Assembly: GCA_964491475.1 (NCBI GenBank)
Contig: CAZBFO010000004.1
Location: 3,290 to 67,289 of the forward strand
Direction: 5' to 3'
Origin: an uncultured Gammaproteobacteria bacterium
Lineage (GTDB): Bacteria > Patescibacteriota > Patescibacteriia > SG8-24
Length of the DNA: 64,000 nucleotides
Numbering within the stretch: the first letter of the stretch is position 1; the number at the start of each line of letters is the position of its first letter. The notes below the pieces were generated by a model. It searched no databases. It saw only the letters and a program-made list of their open reading frames with translations, and was not told the origin of the DNA. The translations under genes were made by a program, and so were the position numbers. Positions 55,999 to 64,000 of this stretch are shown piece by piece.

Positions 55999-56724
55999 TC
56001 AGGCTTTCAAAAAGGACGCCAGCGTTCCCTTCCAGTACTCCGTTTCCTGCTCCAGATCGTCCAAATCGGTGTCATTGCCCACCACCGACCAGCCCTCTTC
56101 TATGGTGCGGATGCGCTCCTTGATTTCGGGCTCCCATTTGGCGCTGACGCCGGCCAACCGGCGCAATTCGTCGATTTGCGCGGCTATCTTCTCCTGCCTG
56201 TCGGCATATTGCTTGACCAGCAGCTTGTACTCGTCGCGCTTTTGGGTCGTCACCAGCTGTTCGATCTCCGCGCGGGCGTAGTCACGGGCGATGAACAGCG
56301 CCTGCTCTATGGCCGCAATCTCCTTGGGTTCGAAAAAGCGTTCGAACGGCGATTTTTGCCGCTGCTCGTCTTCGGACTTCACCTTGGGAATGTAGCCGAT
56401 CTTGCCGCCCTCGTGGATGAACCGCTCGTATTTTTGCTTCAGCTCCCCTTCCAGGTTCTCGAGCAAAAACGCCTCTTCGGACGAGTGTCCGTAACGCGCG
56501 TACACGTCTTCGTAGGCCTTGCGGTACGCCCAAGAGTCCTTGCCCAAAGAAACGATAGTCTTCTGAATCTCAAGGTACTTGGTACCCGGCTTCTCCAGGA
56601 ACTGCTGCAGCTTCTTTTCGTAGGCGCGGCGCTTTTCCTTGGAAAAGGTCGGCGGCAAATGCGAGACTGCCAGACGGAGCAGCTCCAGGGTGTAGGTGTA
56701 GGGGTGGAGGGTGGGTTTGGGCAT
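55999..56724 (-). CDS. hypothetical protein (predicted coiled-coil)
   Basis: trimmed to MPKPTLHPYTYTL…; 241 aa, Lys/Glu-rich helical; no motif assigned. Confidence 0.45.
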   Translation of the reverse strand: MPKPTLHPYTYTLELLRLAVSHLPPTFSKEKRRAYEKKLQQFLEKPGTKYLEIQKTIVSLGKDSWAYRKAYEDVYARYGHSSEEAFLLENLEGELKQKYERFIHEGGKIGYIPKVKSEDEQRQKSPFERFFEPKEIAAIEQALFIARDYARAEIEQLVTTQKRDEYKLLVKQYADRQEKIAAQIDELRRLAGVSAKWEPEIKERIRTIEEGWSVVGNDTDLDDLEQETEYWKGTLASFLKA

Positions 56725-56859
56725 AGGCTGACCCCAGTATAACAACAAACGGTCCGGTCCGCACTTGCTCACGAATGCGTATTGATTTTTCCGGCCCCTT
56801 CGTGTTTTCATTGTTGTCGGTCCGCAATAACGCTCCTTACATGAAGAAAGAGGAAACGA

Positions 56860-57879
56860 ATGAGCAAATCCGCTGAACATTTGGCGCGAGAGAAGGAGAG
56901 GATAAACGCGCTGATGCGCGAAGAACGGGAACGAGGCGAGATGTTTTGGCGGTATCGCCATACGCTGCGCGTCGGCGATCCCGTGCTGGTGCGCGGAGAA
57001 GATCCGTGGTCCAGATGCAGTCCAGACCATAAGGCCAAACGGTATCCCGTCGGCAGCCCCGGCGTAATCGTGGGCTTCGCCGTCAGGTCCGTGTGCCGCC
57101 TTAATACGTCGGCCAAGACCAAGCCCGGCATCTACGTCGACCAAGAATGGCCGTTCGTCCGTCTGGCCGGCGCGTCCGACATCCGAAGAATCCGCGCGAA
57201 CCATCTTCAGCTTCTCTCGTACGACGCTGCGACGAGGCTTGAGCTGCAGAGGAAGGAGCACCCGGAACGCGCTCCTTTCCATGGTGATTTCATCTGCGAC
57301 CTGCCTGACACCGAGGTATGGGAGGGCGACATCGTCCGCCCGAAGCCGTGGTTGACGGACAAGGTCCCGGAAGAAGTGGCACGCGATTCGGTTCCCGGCT
57401 TGCCGGGCACCTTCGTCGTCAGTTGGATGAGCTTCGTGGAGCATCCCGGTGACGTTCACGAATCGCTCGGGGCCTCACCGCGATTCACCGTCAGCGACCG
57501 GTTCTTCCGAAAGGGGGGCGGCAGCTTTTACGACTTCCAGCTCGAAGTCGTCGAGCGCGGCAACCTCTGGCGGCGCGCCCACGGCCAACGCGAATCGTAT
57601 CGCGACCTGGAGGAGGAAGCCTTCTTCCTCTATCGCATGGGCGAGCTCGATCCGGCGCCGGAGCACTCCCCCAGCTTCCCCACCAGGGAAGAGGCGGTTG
57701 CCGCCGTCCGCATCGGGCCATGGCATGGCATTCGCTACTACGATGAATTCCTCGACTGGGGAAGCAGTACCGGATATACCGTGATCCGTTATCGCGATGA
57801 CGACACCGGTCGGCGAATCGCCGAAGCGACACTCACGTCCGGCTTCATGATTCCCGGCGATTGCGAACCGCCCGCTTGA
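56860..57879 (+). CDS. hypothetical protein
   Basis: 339 aa; AGAGGAAAcgaATG SD; no motif assigned. Confidence 0.45.
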   Translation: MSKSAEHLAREKERINALMREERERGEMFWRYRHTLRVGDPVLVRGEDPWSRCSPDHKAKRYPVGSPGVIVGFAVRSVCRLNTSAKTKPGIYVDQEWPFVRLAGASDIRRIRANHLQLLSYDAATRLELQRKEHPERAPFHGDFICDLPDTEVWEGDIVRPKPWLTDKVPEEVARDSVPGLPGTFVVSWMSFVEHPGDVHESLGASPRFTVSDRFFRKGGGSFYDFQLEVVERGNLWRRAHGQRESYRDLEEEAFFLYRMGELDPAPEHSPSFPTREEAVAAVRIGPWHGIRYYDEFLDWGSSTGYTVIRYRDDDTGRRIAEATLTSGFMIPGDCEPPA

Positions 57880-57884
57880 AACAC

Positions 57885-57915
57885 GCCTCCTTCGGCCGAC
57901 GAAGGAGGTTTTTCT
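57885..57915 (+). terminator. rho-independent terminator
   Basis: stem cctccttcg / cgaaggagg, loop gccga, then TTTTTC. Confidence 0.55.
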
Positions 57916-57924
57916 TTGCTGAAT

Positions 57925-57953
57925 TTCGTCACAGAGACGCCCCCTTGACCGCA
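57925..57953 (+). promoter_or_regulatory. candidate sigma70-like promoter of rpsA
   Basis: TTGACC - 17 nt - TATACT; ~115-nt leader. Confidence 0.45.
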
Positions 57954-58074
57954 ACCGCCATCTCCCCTATACTCCCACAGACTTTAATTCAGTCATTCTC
58001 GAGGCCTGTCTGTGGCTTCGGGAGCTCCATGGTCTGCTTATGCGGGCGACGGGGTTAAGCGATTTTTTTCGTAT

Positions 58075-59202
58075 ATGAGCACTAAAGAAAAGTTGAGGCT
58101 GGCCGATCTTCTTGAAGACAAGGCGTTCCTGATGATTCCCAAGCAGGGCGATGTGGTGAAGGGCAAGGTCATTTCCGTTTCCAAGAACGAGGTCCGCATC
58201 GATATCGAGAACTACCGCACCGGCGTGGTCCGCGGCCGCGAAATCGCCGACCCCTCGCGCGTCTTTGCCGACGTACAGGCCGGTGACTCCGTTGAGGCCA
58301 CCGTCGTCGACCTCGAAAACGAGGCGGGCGAAGTCGAACTGTCCTTCCGCTTTGCGGGTCACCGCAAGGCCTGGGACATGCTCCAGGACCTGTTCCGCTC
58401 GGGTGAAACCGTGGCCGTGAAGGTCCTCGAGGCTTCCAAGGGCGGCTTGCTGGTCAAGCTGAACCACATCTCGGGCTTCCTCCCCGTCTCGCAGCTCGCT
58501 CCGGACAACTACCCGCGCGTGGCCGGCGGCGACAAGTCCAAGATTCTCGAGAAGCTGAAGACCTTCACCGGAAAGTCGATGGACGTCCGCGTCATCGACG
58601 TCAACGAGGGCGAAGAGAAGCTCATCGTTTCCGAGAAGGCCGTCTGGGAAGACAAGCAGAAGAACGTCATTTCCAAGTTCAAGGTCGGTGACACCGTCGA
58701 AGGAGAAGTTTCCGCGCTCGCCGACTTCGGCGCGTTCGTGAAGTTCGACATCCTCGAGGGTCTCGTCCACATCTCGGAGATCGCCTGGCAGCGCATCGAC
58801 CACCCGCGCGACATCCTCAAGGTCGGCGACACGGTCAAGGCCGAAATCATCGGCATCGAGGGCTCCAAGATCTTCCTCTCCATGAAGAAGCTCGTCGAGG
58901 ACCCCTGGAAGCGCGTCGGCGACAAGTACAAGGTCGGCGAGAAGGTCATGGGCAAGGTCCTCAAGATCAACCCCTTCGGCTTCTTCGTCGAATTGGATCC
59001 GGAGATTCACGGCCTGGCCCACATTTCCGAGCTGTCCTCCAAGCCGGTCGCCGACCCGGGCGAAATCGCCAAGGCCGGCGAGACCCGCGAGTTCATGATC
59101 GTCTCCATCGAACCCGAACAGCACCGCCTCGGCCTCTCCATCAAGGCGCTCACCGAAAAGCCCGCCAAGAAGGAAGAGAAGAGCGAGGAAGCGGCGGCGT
59201 AA
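58075..59202 (+). CDS. rpsA: 30S ribosomal protein S1 (four S1 domains)
   Basis: trimmed to MSTKEKLRLADL…; four repeats of the S1 OB-fold (…GDVVKGKV…, …GETVAVKVLE…, …GDTVEGEVSALADFGAFVKF…, …GEKVMGKVLKINPFGFFVEL…). Confidence 0.85.
   Translation: MSTKEKLRLADLLEDKAFLMIPKQGDVVKGKVISVSKNEVRIDIENYRTGVVRGREIADPSRVFADVQAGDSVEATVVDLENEAGEVELSFRFAGHRKAWDMLQDLFRSGETVAVKVLEASKGGLLVKLNHISGFLPVSQLAPDNYPRVAGGDKSKILEKLKTFTGKSMDVRVIDVNEGEEKLIVSEKAVWEDKQKNVISKFKVGDTVEGEVSALADFGAFVKFDILEGLVHISEIAWQRIDHPRDILKVGDTVKAEIIGIEGSKIFLSMKKLVEDPWKRVGDKYKVGEKVMGKVLKINPFGFFVELDPEIHGLAHISELSSKPVADPGEIAKAGETREFMIVSIEPEQHRLGLSIKALTEKPAKKEEKSEEAAA
59146..59202 (+). repeat. direct repeat DR-L (3' end of rpsA)
   Basis: 57 nt gcgctcaccgaaaagcccgccaagaaggaagagaagagcgaggaagcggcggcgtaa; ~89% identical to 61234..61290. 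Confidence 0.7.
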
Positions 59203-59217
59203 CAGCCAACACAGTAC

Positions 59218-59247
59218 GAAAGCCCCGTCTGAGGACGGGGCTTTTTA
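59218..59247 (+). terminator. rho-independent terminator after rpsA
   Basis: stem agccccgtc / gacggggct, loop tgag, then TTTTT. Confidence 0.6.
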
Positions 59248-59370
59248 CTAACTTGATTACTGAGGAGATTTCCGAGCATCAACTGCGAGTCGAACGTGTT
59301 ACTGGTTTCGGCAGTATTTGTTATGCTTGCACCGAACTTAATCTTTAACGATAGACGTCACCATCTCCTT

Positions 59371-60174
59371 ATGAGCCAGTTCGATAATCCGCAAAGCCCT
59401 GAATACAGGGAAAACATGAAAATGCGGGTAGAGAGCGTCCGCAAGTCGGTTGAAGCGAACGCGGAGCGCGTTGCTTCGGCGGGCGAATGGCCAGCGCACA
59501 TCAAGCCCGGATCCCTGCTTGAACGTATTCCCAAGGAGGGGGAGAAAAACGCTCCCGGCTTTGATGCGGGCATAGCTGCAGCTCTCGACTTGATCCCAAA
59601 GGACAAGCAGGACCTGTCGGCGCATCTTCATGCGAACTACACCAAAGATGCGGTGCTCCGAGTGAGAAAAGAAATTGCGGAACTGGATCCAGATTCCCAG
59701 ACCGCATGGTGGCTGGCAGCCTGCGCCATTTGCAAAGAGGGTGACGTCGACACTGAACAGTTCTTGCGACAAATCGACGACTTCAAGAAGCTCGCCGCTG
59801 ATCCCCAGCTCCGGGAGCAGGCGGCTAAAAAAGAATATGAGCACATAACGAGCGCATTCACGATGAAGGATGGCGTTCCTTATGGTGAAAAGGACGGCAG
59901 CATACAGGGCGCATATATTGCCGGACATCCCTTCGGCTCGACGTACTCCGAAAAATACGGTCTCTATTTCGTGGGTACGTACGAGGACTCGCTCGGCCTT
60001 GAGGACTTCAAATGGTCGGATGAAAAGGACGAGAAGGGCAGGCCAAAAAGTGGACCAGTGTTCGGCAGCAAGCAGTTCGTAAAATGCGCCAGCGAGGAAG
60101 AGTGGAAACGCGTCATGGAAGTCGTCAAGGCCAAACTGCCTGACACCGAGGGGGAAGATTCGACCGTTAAATGA
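59371..60174 (+). CDS. hypothetical protein A of islet (shares AGH-[PL]-FG motif with B)
   Basis: 268 aa from ATG 59371 (alternative GTG 59296 would add a hydrophobic N-terminus); …GAYIAGHPFGSTYSEKYGLYFVG…. Confidence 0.45.
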   Translation: MSQFDNPQSPEYRENMKMRVESVRKSVEANAERVASAGEWPAHIKPGSLLERIPKEGEKNAPGFDAGIAAALDLIPKDKQDLSAHLHANYTKDAVLRVRKEIAELDPDSQTAWWLAACAICKEGDVDTEQFLRQIDDFKKLAADPQLREQAAKKEYEHITSAFTMKDGVPYGEKDGSIQGAYIAGHPFGSTYSEKYGLYFVGTYEDSLGLEDFKWSDEKDEKGRPKSGPVFGSKQFVKCASEEEWKRVMEVVKAKLPDTEGEDSTVK

Positions 60175-60181
60175 TTCTGCT

Positions 60182-61228
60182 ATGGGCGAAAGACCAGGGT
60201 ACGTTCCCGAAGAAGAAATGACGAAAATGCACGAGGATGCCCTTGAGGTGAATAAGGAGCTCGATGACGTTTTGGCCGAAGGAAAGTACGTGGAAGTACA
60301 GGAGACGGCCAACAAGATAATCAAAAAGCGCGATCTGGCTTCGTCATTTAGCAAAGAAATGGCGACAGCGCTTACGGGGCTGCCTGAAGGCAAGAAGCCG
60401 ACGATGGCCCTCAATGAGAAGGGCATCGCCAATATGTACATGGCGGGACATCTTTTCGGCAAGGATTTCACCATGGAGAACATCGCCAAATGCCTTGTCG
60501 AAGGCGAAGAGGTCACCGACAAGATGAAGCACGGTGCGGAGGGGTCGCGATATTTCAAAATCGACATCCCACATGGTGCCGGCCTGCCGGGCCGCTTTGT
60601 CGTCCCGCAGGAAAGCGGCACGCCCCTTGCGGAACACGTCGCTAACTGGAATCAAAATTGCGAATACAAGTTCAGGCACGGCAACCTTGCTCCCGTAATC
60701 AAGAAGAAGGACATTCCAGACTGGCTCATCGATTACGAGTCGACTTTTTACGTGATCGTCGAGAAGAACCAGCTGCCGGATGGCAAGCTGCAGGTTGCCG
60801 ACGGCCCGACAGAAAACGATCCTGAAGGAAGTTGGCTCATCTCGACGGTCCACTACGGCCAGCCTTCGCGAATCAAACCGCGACCCCCGCGAGAACCGAA
60901 GTGGGACGAATTGAAGAAAGATCCGGCAGCCTCGATGGATGCCGTCGTTGCCTACCTGAAGCAGCAAAGCAAGTACCAGCGGGACTATGACAACTGGAAC
61001 GACGAGCAGAAGAGGGTGGTCTTCGTCGATCTTGAAGCAGAAGGCGTCGGCCAAAGCAGCGTGAAAGATCGACCGAGGGCTGCCGAAAATGCAAGCGACA
61101 CGACTGCCGTACGCCTCGCCGAGATGGAGGGTGATAACGTTGCGTTGCGCAAAATGCTGATGGAAGCCCTGGGTGAAATCAAGCAGCTACGCGCAGATGT
61201 CAAGGGAATGAAGACAAGGCAAAAGTGA
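60182..61228 (+). CDS. hypothetical protein B of islet (paralogous N-terminal region, C-terminal coiled coil)
   Basis: 348 aa; …ANMYMAGHLFGKDFTMENIAKCLVEG…; C-terminal …LAEMEGDNVALRKMLMEALGEIKQLRADVKGMK. Confidence 0.45.
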   Translation: MGERPGYVPEEEMTKMHEDALEVNKELDDVLAEGKYVEVQETANKIIKKRDLASSFSKEMATALTGLPEGKKPTMALNEKGIANMYMAGHLFGKDFTMENIAKCLVEGEEVTDKMKHGAEGSRYFKIDIPHGAGLPGRFVVPQESGTPLAEHVANWNQNCEYKFRHGNLAPVIKKKDIPDWLIDYESTFYVIVEKNQLPDGKLQVADGPTENDPEGSWLISTVHYGQPSRIKPRPPREPKWDELKKDPAASMDAVVAYLKQQSKYQRDYDNWNDEQKRVVFVDLEAEGVGQSSVKDRPRAAENASDTTAVRLAEMEGDNVALRKMLMEALGEIKQLRADVKGMKTRQK

Positions 61229-61233
61229 GCGGT

Positions 61234-61290
61234 GTGCTCGACGAAAAGCCCGCCGAGAAGGAAGAGAAGGGCGAGGAAGCCGCGGCGTAA
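61234..61290 (+). repeat. direct repeat DR-R (degenerate copy of rpsA 3' end)
   Basis: gtgctcgacgaaaagcccgccgagaaggaagagaagggcgaggaagccgcggcgtaa; would encode …EKPAEKEEKGEEAAA* vs rpsA …EKPAKKEEKSEEAAA*. Confidence 0.7.
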
Positions 61291-61304
61291 ATCCGTAGCA
61301 AGCG

Positions 61305-61331
61305 AAAAGCCGCCCGATGAGGGCGGTTTTT
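61305..61331 (+). terminator. rho-independent terminator after DR-R
   Basis: stem ccgccc / gggcgg, loop gatga, then TTTTT. Confidence 0.55.
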
Positions 61332-61431
61332 CGTGTCCGCGAGTCTTCGGCCTCAACCCGACACCATTGACGCGTCCGCGTTTTTTGGTTACCGTTCCGG
61401 GTGGTCTTTCACTCGAAAGGAATAGGAAACA

Positions 61432-62136
61432 GTGGAATGGTTTGCAGCGATGCTGCTGACGTTCTGGCATGCCGCTGAGAGGCTTTCCGGACGGCTGCGA
61501 CGACAAGGGAGACGGATGCTCCCGGCCAAGGAGCCTCGCGTTCGCGTGTACTTGCCGCAAGCCTTCTTTGGCGGCCAACGCACGCGGACCGCTGTGCACG
61601 AGGCGGGTCACGCCGTGCTCGCATGGGAAGCGCGCTGCGTAATGGACGTCACGTCGGCGCAGATCGTCGCCGATGACGACGAACGGAGCGCCGGTCTGGT
61701 CAAATACCGTTCAAGGCTGCCGGTCATAGCGCGGGACAATTGGGAACAGGTTTCCATTTGCCTCGCGGGGCTCGCCGCAGAAGTGACGATGTACGGCTCT
61801 TGCCAGAAGGGCGGAGCCGAAGACGACATTCGAAGCGCCCGAGAACTCGTGGACGAGATTTACCAGGGCGAGCGCGGGTATTTCGGCAGTTCGGCCTGCC
61901 CCTGGAACGAGGAGGCGGACAAAGCTCCCTCCATCGCCGGGACGGTGTACGGAGACGACGAAAGGTCGCGCAAGAACGAGATCATCGATTCCTGCTATCG
62001 TCACGCGCTCGCCAAGATTCGCGAACATCGGCATCTGTTCGATGCCGTTGCCGCCGCGCTCGATCAAAAAGGGCGTTTGGACCAGGACGAACTTGCCACG
62101 CTTCTGGGCGAACGTCAGTGGTACCTCTTCCGCTGA
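61432..62136 (+). CDS. stand-alone FtsH-like M41 zinc-metallopeptidase domain protein (no AAA ATPase, no TM)
   Basis: HEXXH zinc site in TAVHEAGHAVLAWE (FtsH: TAYHEAGHA), downstream …GLAAEVTMYG… and third-ligand region …ARELVDE…; 234 aa. Confidence 0.55.
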   Translation: MEWFAAMLLTFWHAAERLSGRLRRQGRRMLPAKEPRVRVYLPQAFFGGQRTRTAVHEAGHAVLAWEARCVMDVTSAQIVADDDERSAGLVKYRSRLPVIARDNWEQVSICLAGLAAEVTMYGSCQKGGAEDDIRSARELVDEIYQGERGYFGSSACPWNEEADKAPSIAGTVYGDDERSRKNEIIDSCYRHALAKIREHRHLFDAVAAALDQKGRLDQDELATLLGERQWYLFR

Positions 62137-62154
62137 CATGACCGGCCTTACGCG

Positions 62155-62186
62155 GCGCACGGGAATTCCCGTGCGCTTTTCTTTTT
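62155..62186 (+). terminator. rho-independent terminator
   Basis: stem gcgcacggg / cccgtgcgc, loop aatt, then TTTTCTTTTT. Confidence 0.55.
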
Positions 62187-62218
62187 GCGGAAAATGCCAG
62201 AAACACGGGGCCTGATTT

Positions 62219-62243
62219 AGTTAGTGTTGACAGTACACTAACT
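62219..62243. promoter_or_regulatory. 25-bp perfect palindrome (candidate operator) overlapping a TTGACA -35-like hexamer upstream of pnuC
   Basis: AGTTAGTGT-TGACAGT-ACACTAACT; 43 nt upstream of pnuC ATG (62286). Confidence 0.4.
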
Positions 62244-62285
62244 ACGGCATACGGTGAGGGCATAAAGTCATTAACCCCCGCACGT

Positions 62286-62960
62286 ATGGCAAAACGCCTC
62301 TTCCCGACCGCGCTCGCGTCCGCATCCGTCCTGCTCACCGTCGCCTCCTGGCGGCACTGGGTTTCGCTCGACCTTACCGAAACGCTCGGCTTCGTGACCG
62401 GCGCCTGGTGCGTCTGGCTCACCGTCAAGGAAGACGTGCTGAACTGGCCCATCGGGATCGCCAACGCGGCCTTCTACGTCGTCGTGTTCCTGCGCGCCAA
62501 GCTGTTCGCCGACATGTCGCTGCAAGTGCTCTATGTCATCCTCGGATTTCTCGGGTGGTACTGGTGGCTGAAGGGCGGCGAGAAAAAGACCGAACTTTTG
62601 GTGACCGCGACTCCCCTCGTGGAATGGGCCTGGCTGCTGCCGGTGTCAGCCCTGTGCACCTGGGGCATGACGCTGTACCTCCGAAGCATCGCCGACGCCG
62701 CGCCGTTCCTGGATGCGCTGACGACGGTGATGAGCCTGGTGGCGCAATATCTGCTCACCAAGAAGTACATTGAGAACTGGCTCGTCTGGATTTCTGCCGA
62801 CGTCATTTACATCGGCCTGTACGCCTGGAAGGGGCTGCCGCTCACCAGCGCGCTCTACTTCATCTTCCTGTGCATGTGCGTCGCGGGACTCAAGGAGTGG
62901 AAGCGATCGCTCGCCGCGCCGCGGCAGGTAACCGCCGAAACGTATGCCGAAGCGATTTGA
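62286..62960 (+). CDS. pnuC: nicotinamide riboside transporter PnuC
   Basis: 224 aa, 7-8 TM; PnuC signatures …GFLGWYWWLKG… and …NWLVWISADVIYIGLY…. Confidence 0.85.
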   Translation: MAKRLFPTALASASVLLTVASWRHWVSLDLTETLGFVTGAWCVWLTVKEDVLNWPIGIANAAFYVVVFLRAKLFADMSLQVLYVILGFLGWYWWLKGGEKKTELLVTATPLVEWAWLLPVSALCTWGMTLYLRSIADAAPFLDALTTVMSLVAQYLLTKKYIENWLVWISADVIYIGLYAWKGLPLTSALYFIFLCMCVAGLKEWKRSLAAPRQVTAETYAEAI

Positions 62961-63972
62961 GCATGGCGTGGTCATAGGAAAATTCCTGCCGCCGCATCGG
63001 GGACACAAGTTCCTGATCGACACGGCCGCGGCGCAGTGCGAAAGCGTCACCGTCATCGTCTGCGACAAGGCCGGACAGCCGATTCCCGGCGAGCGCCGCG
63101 CCTCTTGGCTGCGCGAAATCCATCCGGGGACGCGCGTGATCCGCTTCGATGACGTGCTCGCGGACGACGACACGCCTGGCTGGGCCAAGGCTACCGTCGA
63201 CCTGCTCGGCGGCGCTCCCGACGCCGTGTTTTCTTCCGAAGACTACGGGCCCGGATACGCCGCAGCGATGGGTTGCGCGCACGTGATGGTGGACCGAGCC
63301 CGCACCGCCTTCCCCGTTTCGGGCACGTCAATACGACGCGATCCGCTGGCACAGTGGCAATTCCTGGAACCGTGCGTGCGTGCGCATTTCGCCAGGCGCG
63401 TCTGCGTGCTCGGCGCCGAATCCACCGGCACCACGACCATGGCCCGTGCGCTTGCCGAAAAATACCGCACCGTCTGGGCCCCGGAATACGGCCGCGTCTT
63501 TTCGGAAGGCAAATACGCCGCCGGCGATCCCGCCTGGAGCACTGCGGAGTTCGTGCACATCGCCGAGCAGCAATCGGCGATGGAAGACTGGCTGGCACGC
63601 TCGGCCAACAAGCTGGTGGTCTGCGACACCGACCCGTTTGCCACGACCATCTGGCATGAACGCTACATGGGCAGGCCGTCTGCGGCGGTCAAGGCGATTG
63701 CCGACGCGCGGCGTTACGACCTCTACCTGCTGACTGCCGACGACATCCCGTTCGTGCAGGACGGCACCAGGGACGGCGAACATCTGCGCAACTGGATGCA
63801 CGGCCGTTTTGAGGAGGCGCTGGCGGCCAGCGGACGCCCGTATGTGGTCCTGCGCGGAACGCACGCGGAACGGCTGCGGGAAGCATCGGCGCTGATTGAC
63901 GGGCTGCTGTCTGAGGTTTCTCGTGCCTGTGCTATCCTGTCTCCATGCGCAACCGCCCCCATGCCATTCTGA
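62944..63972 (+). CDS. nadR: bifunctional NMN adenylyltransferase / ribosylnicotinamide kinase (NadR-like, no HTH domain)
   Basis: N-terminal nucleotidyltransferase motif GKFLPPHRGH (HxGH); C-terminal P-loop GAESTGTTT and …VCDTD… ; overlaps pnuC by 17 nt. Confidence 0.8.
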   Translation: MPKRFEHGVVIGKFLPPHRGHKFLIDTAAAQCESVTVIVCDKAGQPIPGERRASWLREIHPGTRVIRFDDVLADDDTPGWAKATVDLLGGAPDAVFSSEDYGPGYAAAMGCAHVMVDRARTAFPVSGTSIRRDPLAQWQFLEPCVRAHFARRVCVLGAESTGTTTMARALAEKYRTVWAPEYGRVFSEGKYAAGDPAWSTAEFVHIAEQQSAMEDWLARSANKLVVCDTDPFATTIWHERYMGRPSAAVKAIADARRYDLYLLTADDIPFVQDGTRDGEHLRNWMHGRFEEALAASGRPYVVLRGTHAERLREASALIDGLLSEVSRACAILSPCATAPMPF

Positions 63973-64000
63973 TCGTCTTCGTCTTCAGCTGGATGCTTAC

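Larger units (their letters stand above)
59203..61233 (+). mobile_element. low-GC ~2-kb insertion (genomic islet) at rpsA 3' end, no integrase
   Basis: GC drops to roughly 45-50% against ~65% flanks; bracketed by 57-bp imperfect direct repeats duplicating the rpsA terminus, each followed by its own terminator; carries two ORFs with weak/no SD. Confidence 0.45.

Noticed and set aside
53102-56742. Long plus-strand ORFs (534 aa, 502 aa)
   Set aside because: Antisense to gyrA and to the MBL hydrolase and hypothetical genes. They are Val/Gly/Asp/Leu-rich GC artefacts.
59203-61233. Integrase or transposase expected for an inserted islet
   Set aside because: Neither islet ORF shows recombinase motifs (no R-H-R-Y or DDE pattern recognisable by eye). 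The element is therefore called an islet or remnant, not an active mobile element.

Overview
This is a high-GC (about 65%) bacterial chromosomal segment. About 60 genes can be supported, mostly on the minus strand, together with two tRNAs whose CCA ends are encoded.

Housekeeping genes recognised from conserved motifs: ndk, leuS, trxB and trxA, infB (a short 665-aa form), truB, rny (RNase Y), hup, proS (no editing insertion, with a zinc ribbon in its place), pilT, rnc, nusB, rpmF, gyrA, rpsA, and a pnuC plus nadR-like pair for nicotinamide-riboside salvage. A comEC gene is present as two adjacent ORFs.

The most notable accessory content:
- (a) A roughly 13-kb, tightly packed minus-strand glycan or exopolysaccharide locus (17988-30738). 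It holds seven glycosyltransferase-family domains in four polypeptides, with unusual fusions: GT2 fused to GT4, a double GT4, GT4 fused to a 770-aa polytopic membrane domain, and GT4 fused to a Wzx-like flippase. It also carries a NodB-type deacetylase and a membrane-anchored GH5-like hydrolase with a Thr/Asn repeat stalk.
- (b) A roughly 2-kb low-GC insertion at the 3' end of rpsA, bracketed by 57-bp imperfect direct repeats that duplicate the rpsA terminus. It carries two paralogous proteins of unknown function.
- (c) A two-component sensor kinase and regulator, followed by a 509-aa single-pass membrane protein and a 67-aa pilin-like mini-protein.
- (d) Three tandem paralogous secreted proteins.
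- (e) Two convergent paralogous lipoproteins of the formylglycine-generating-enzyme (FGE) family, with tRNA-Lys and tRNA-Arg on either side.
- (f) A GC-rich structured intergenic element between nusB and rnc.
- (g) A stand-alone FtsH-like M41 peptidase domain.

No CRISPR array, integrase or transposase was seen. Many long antisense ORFs in the six-frame track are GC-driven artefacts. All functional calls rest on recognisable motifs in the translations; nothing was searched against a database.
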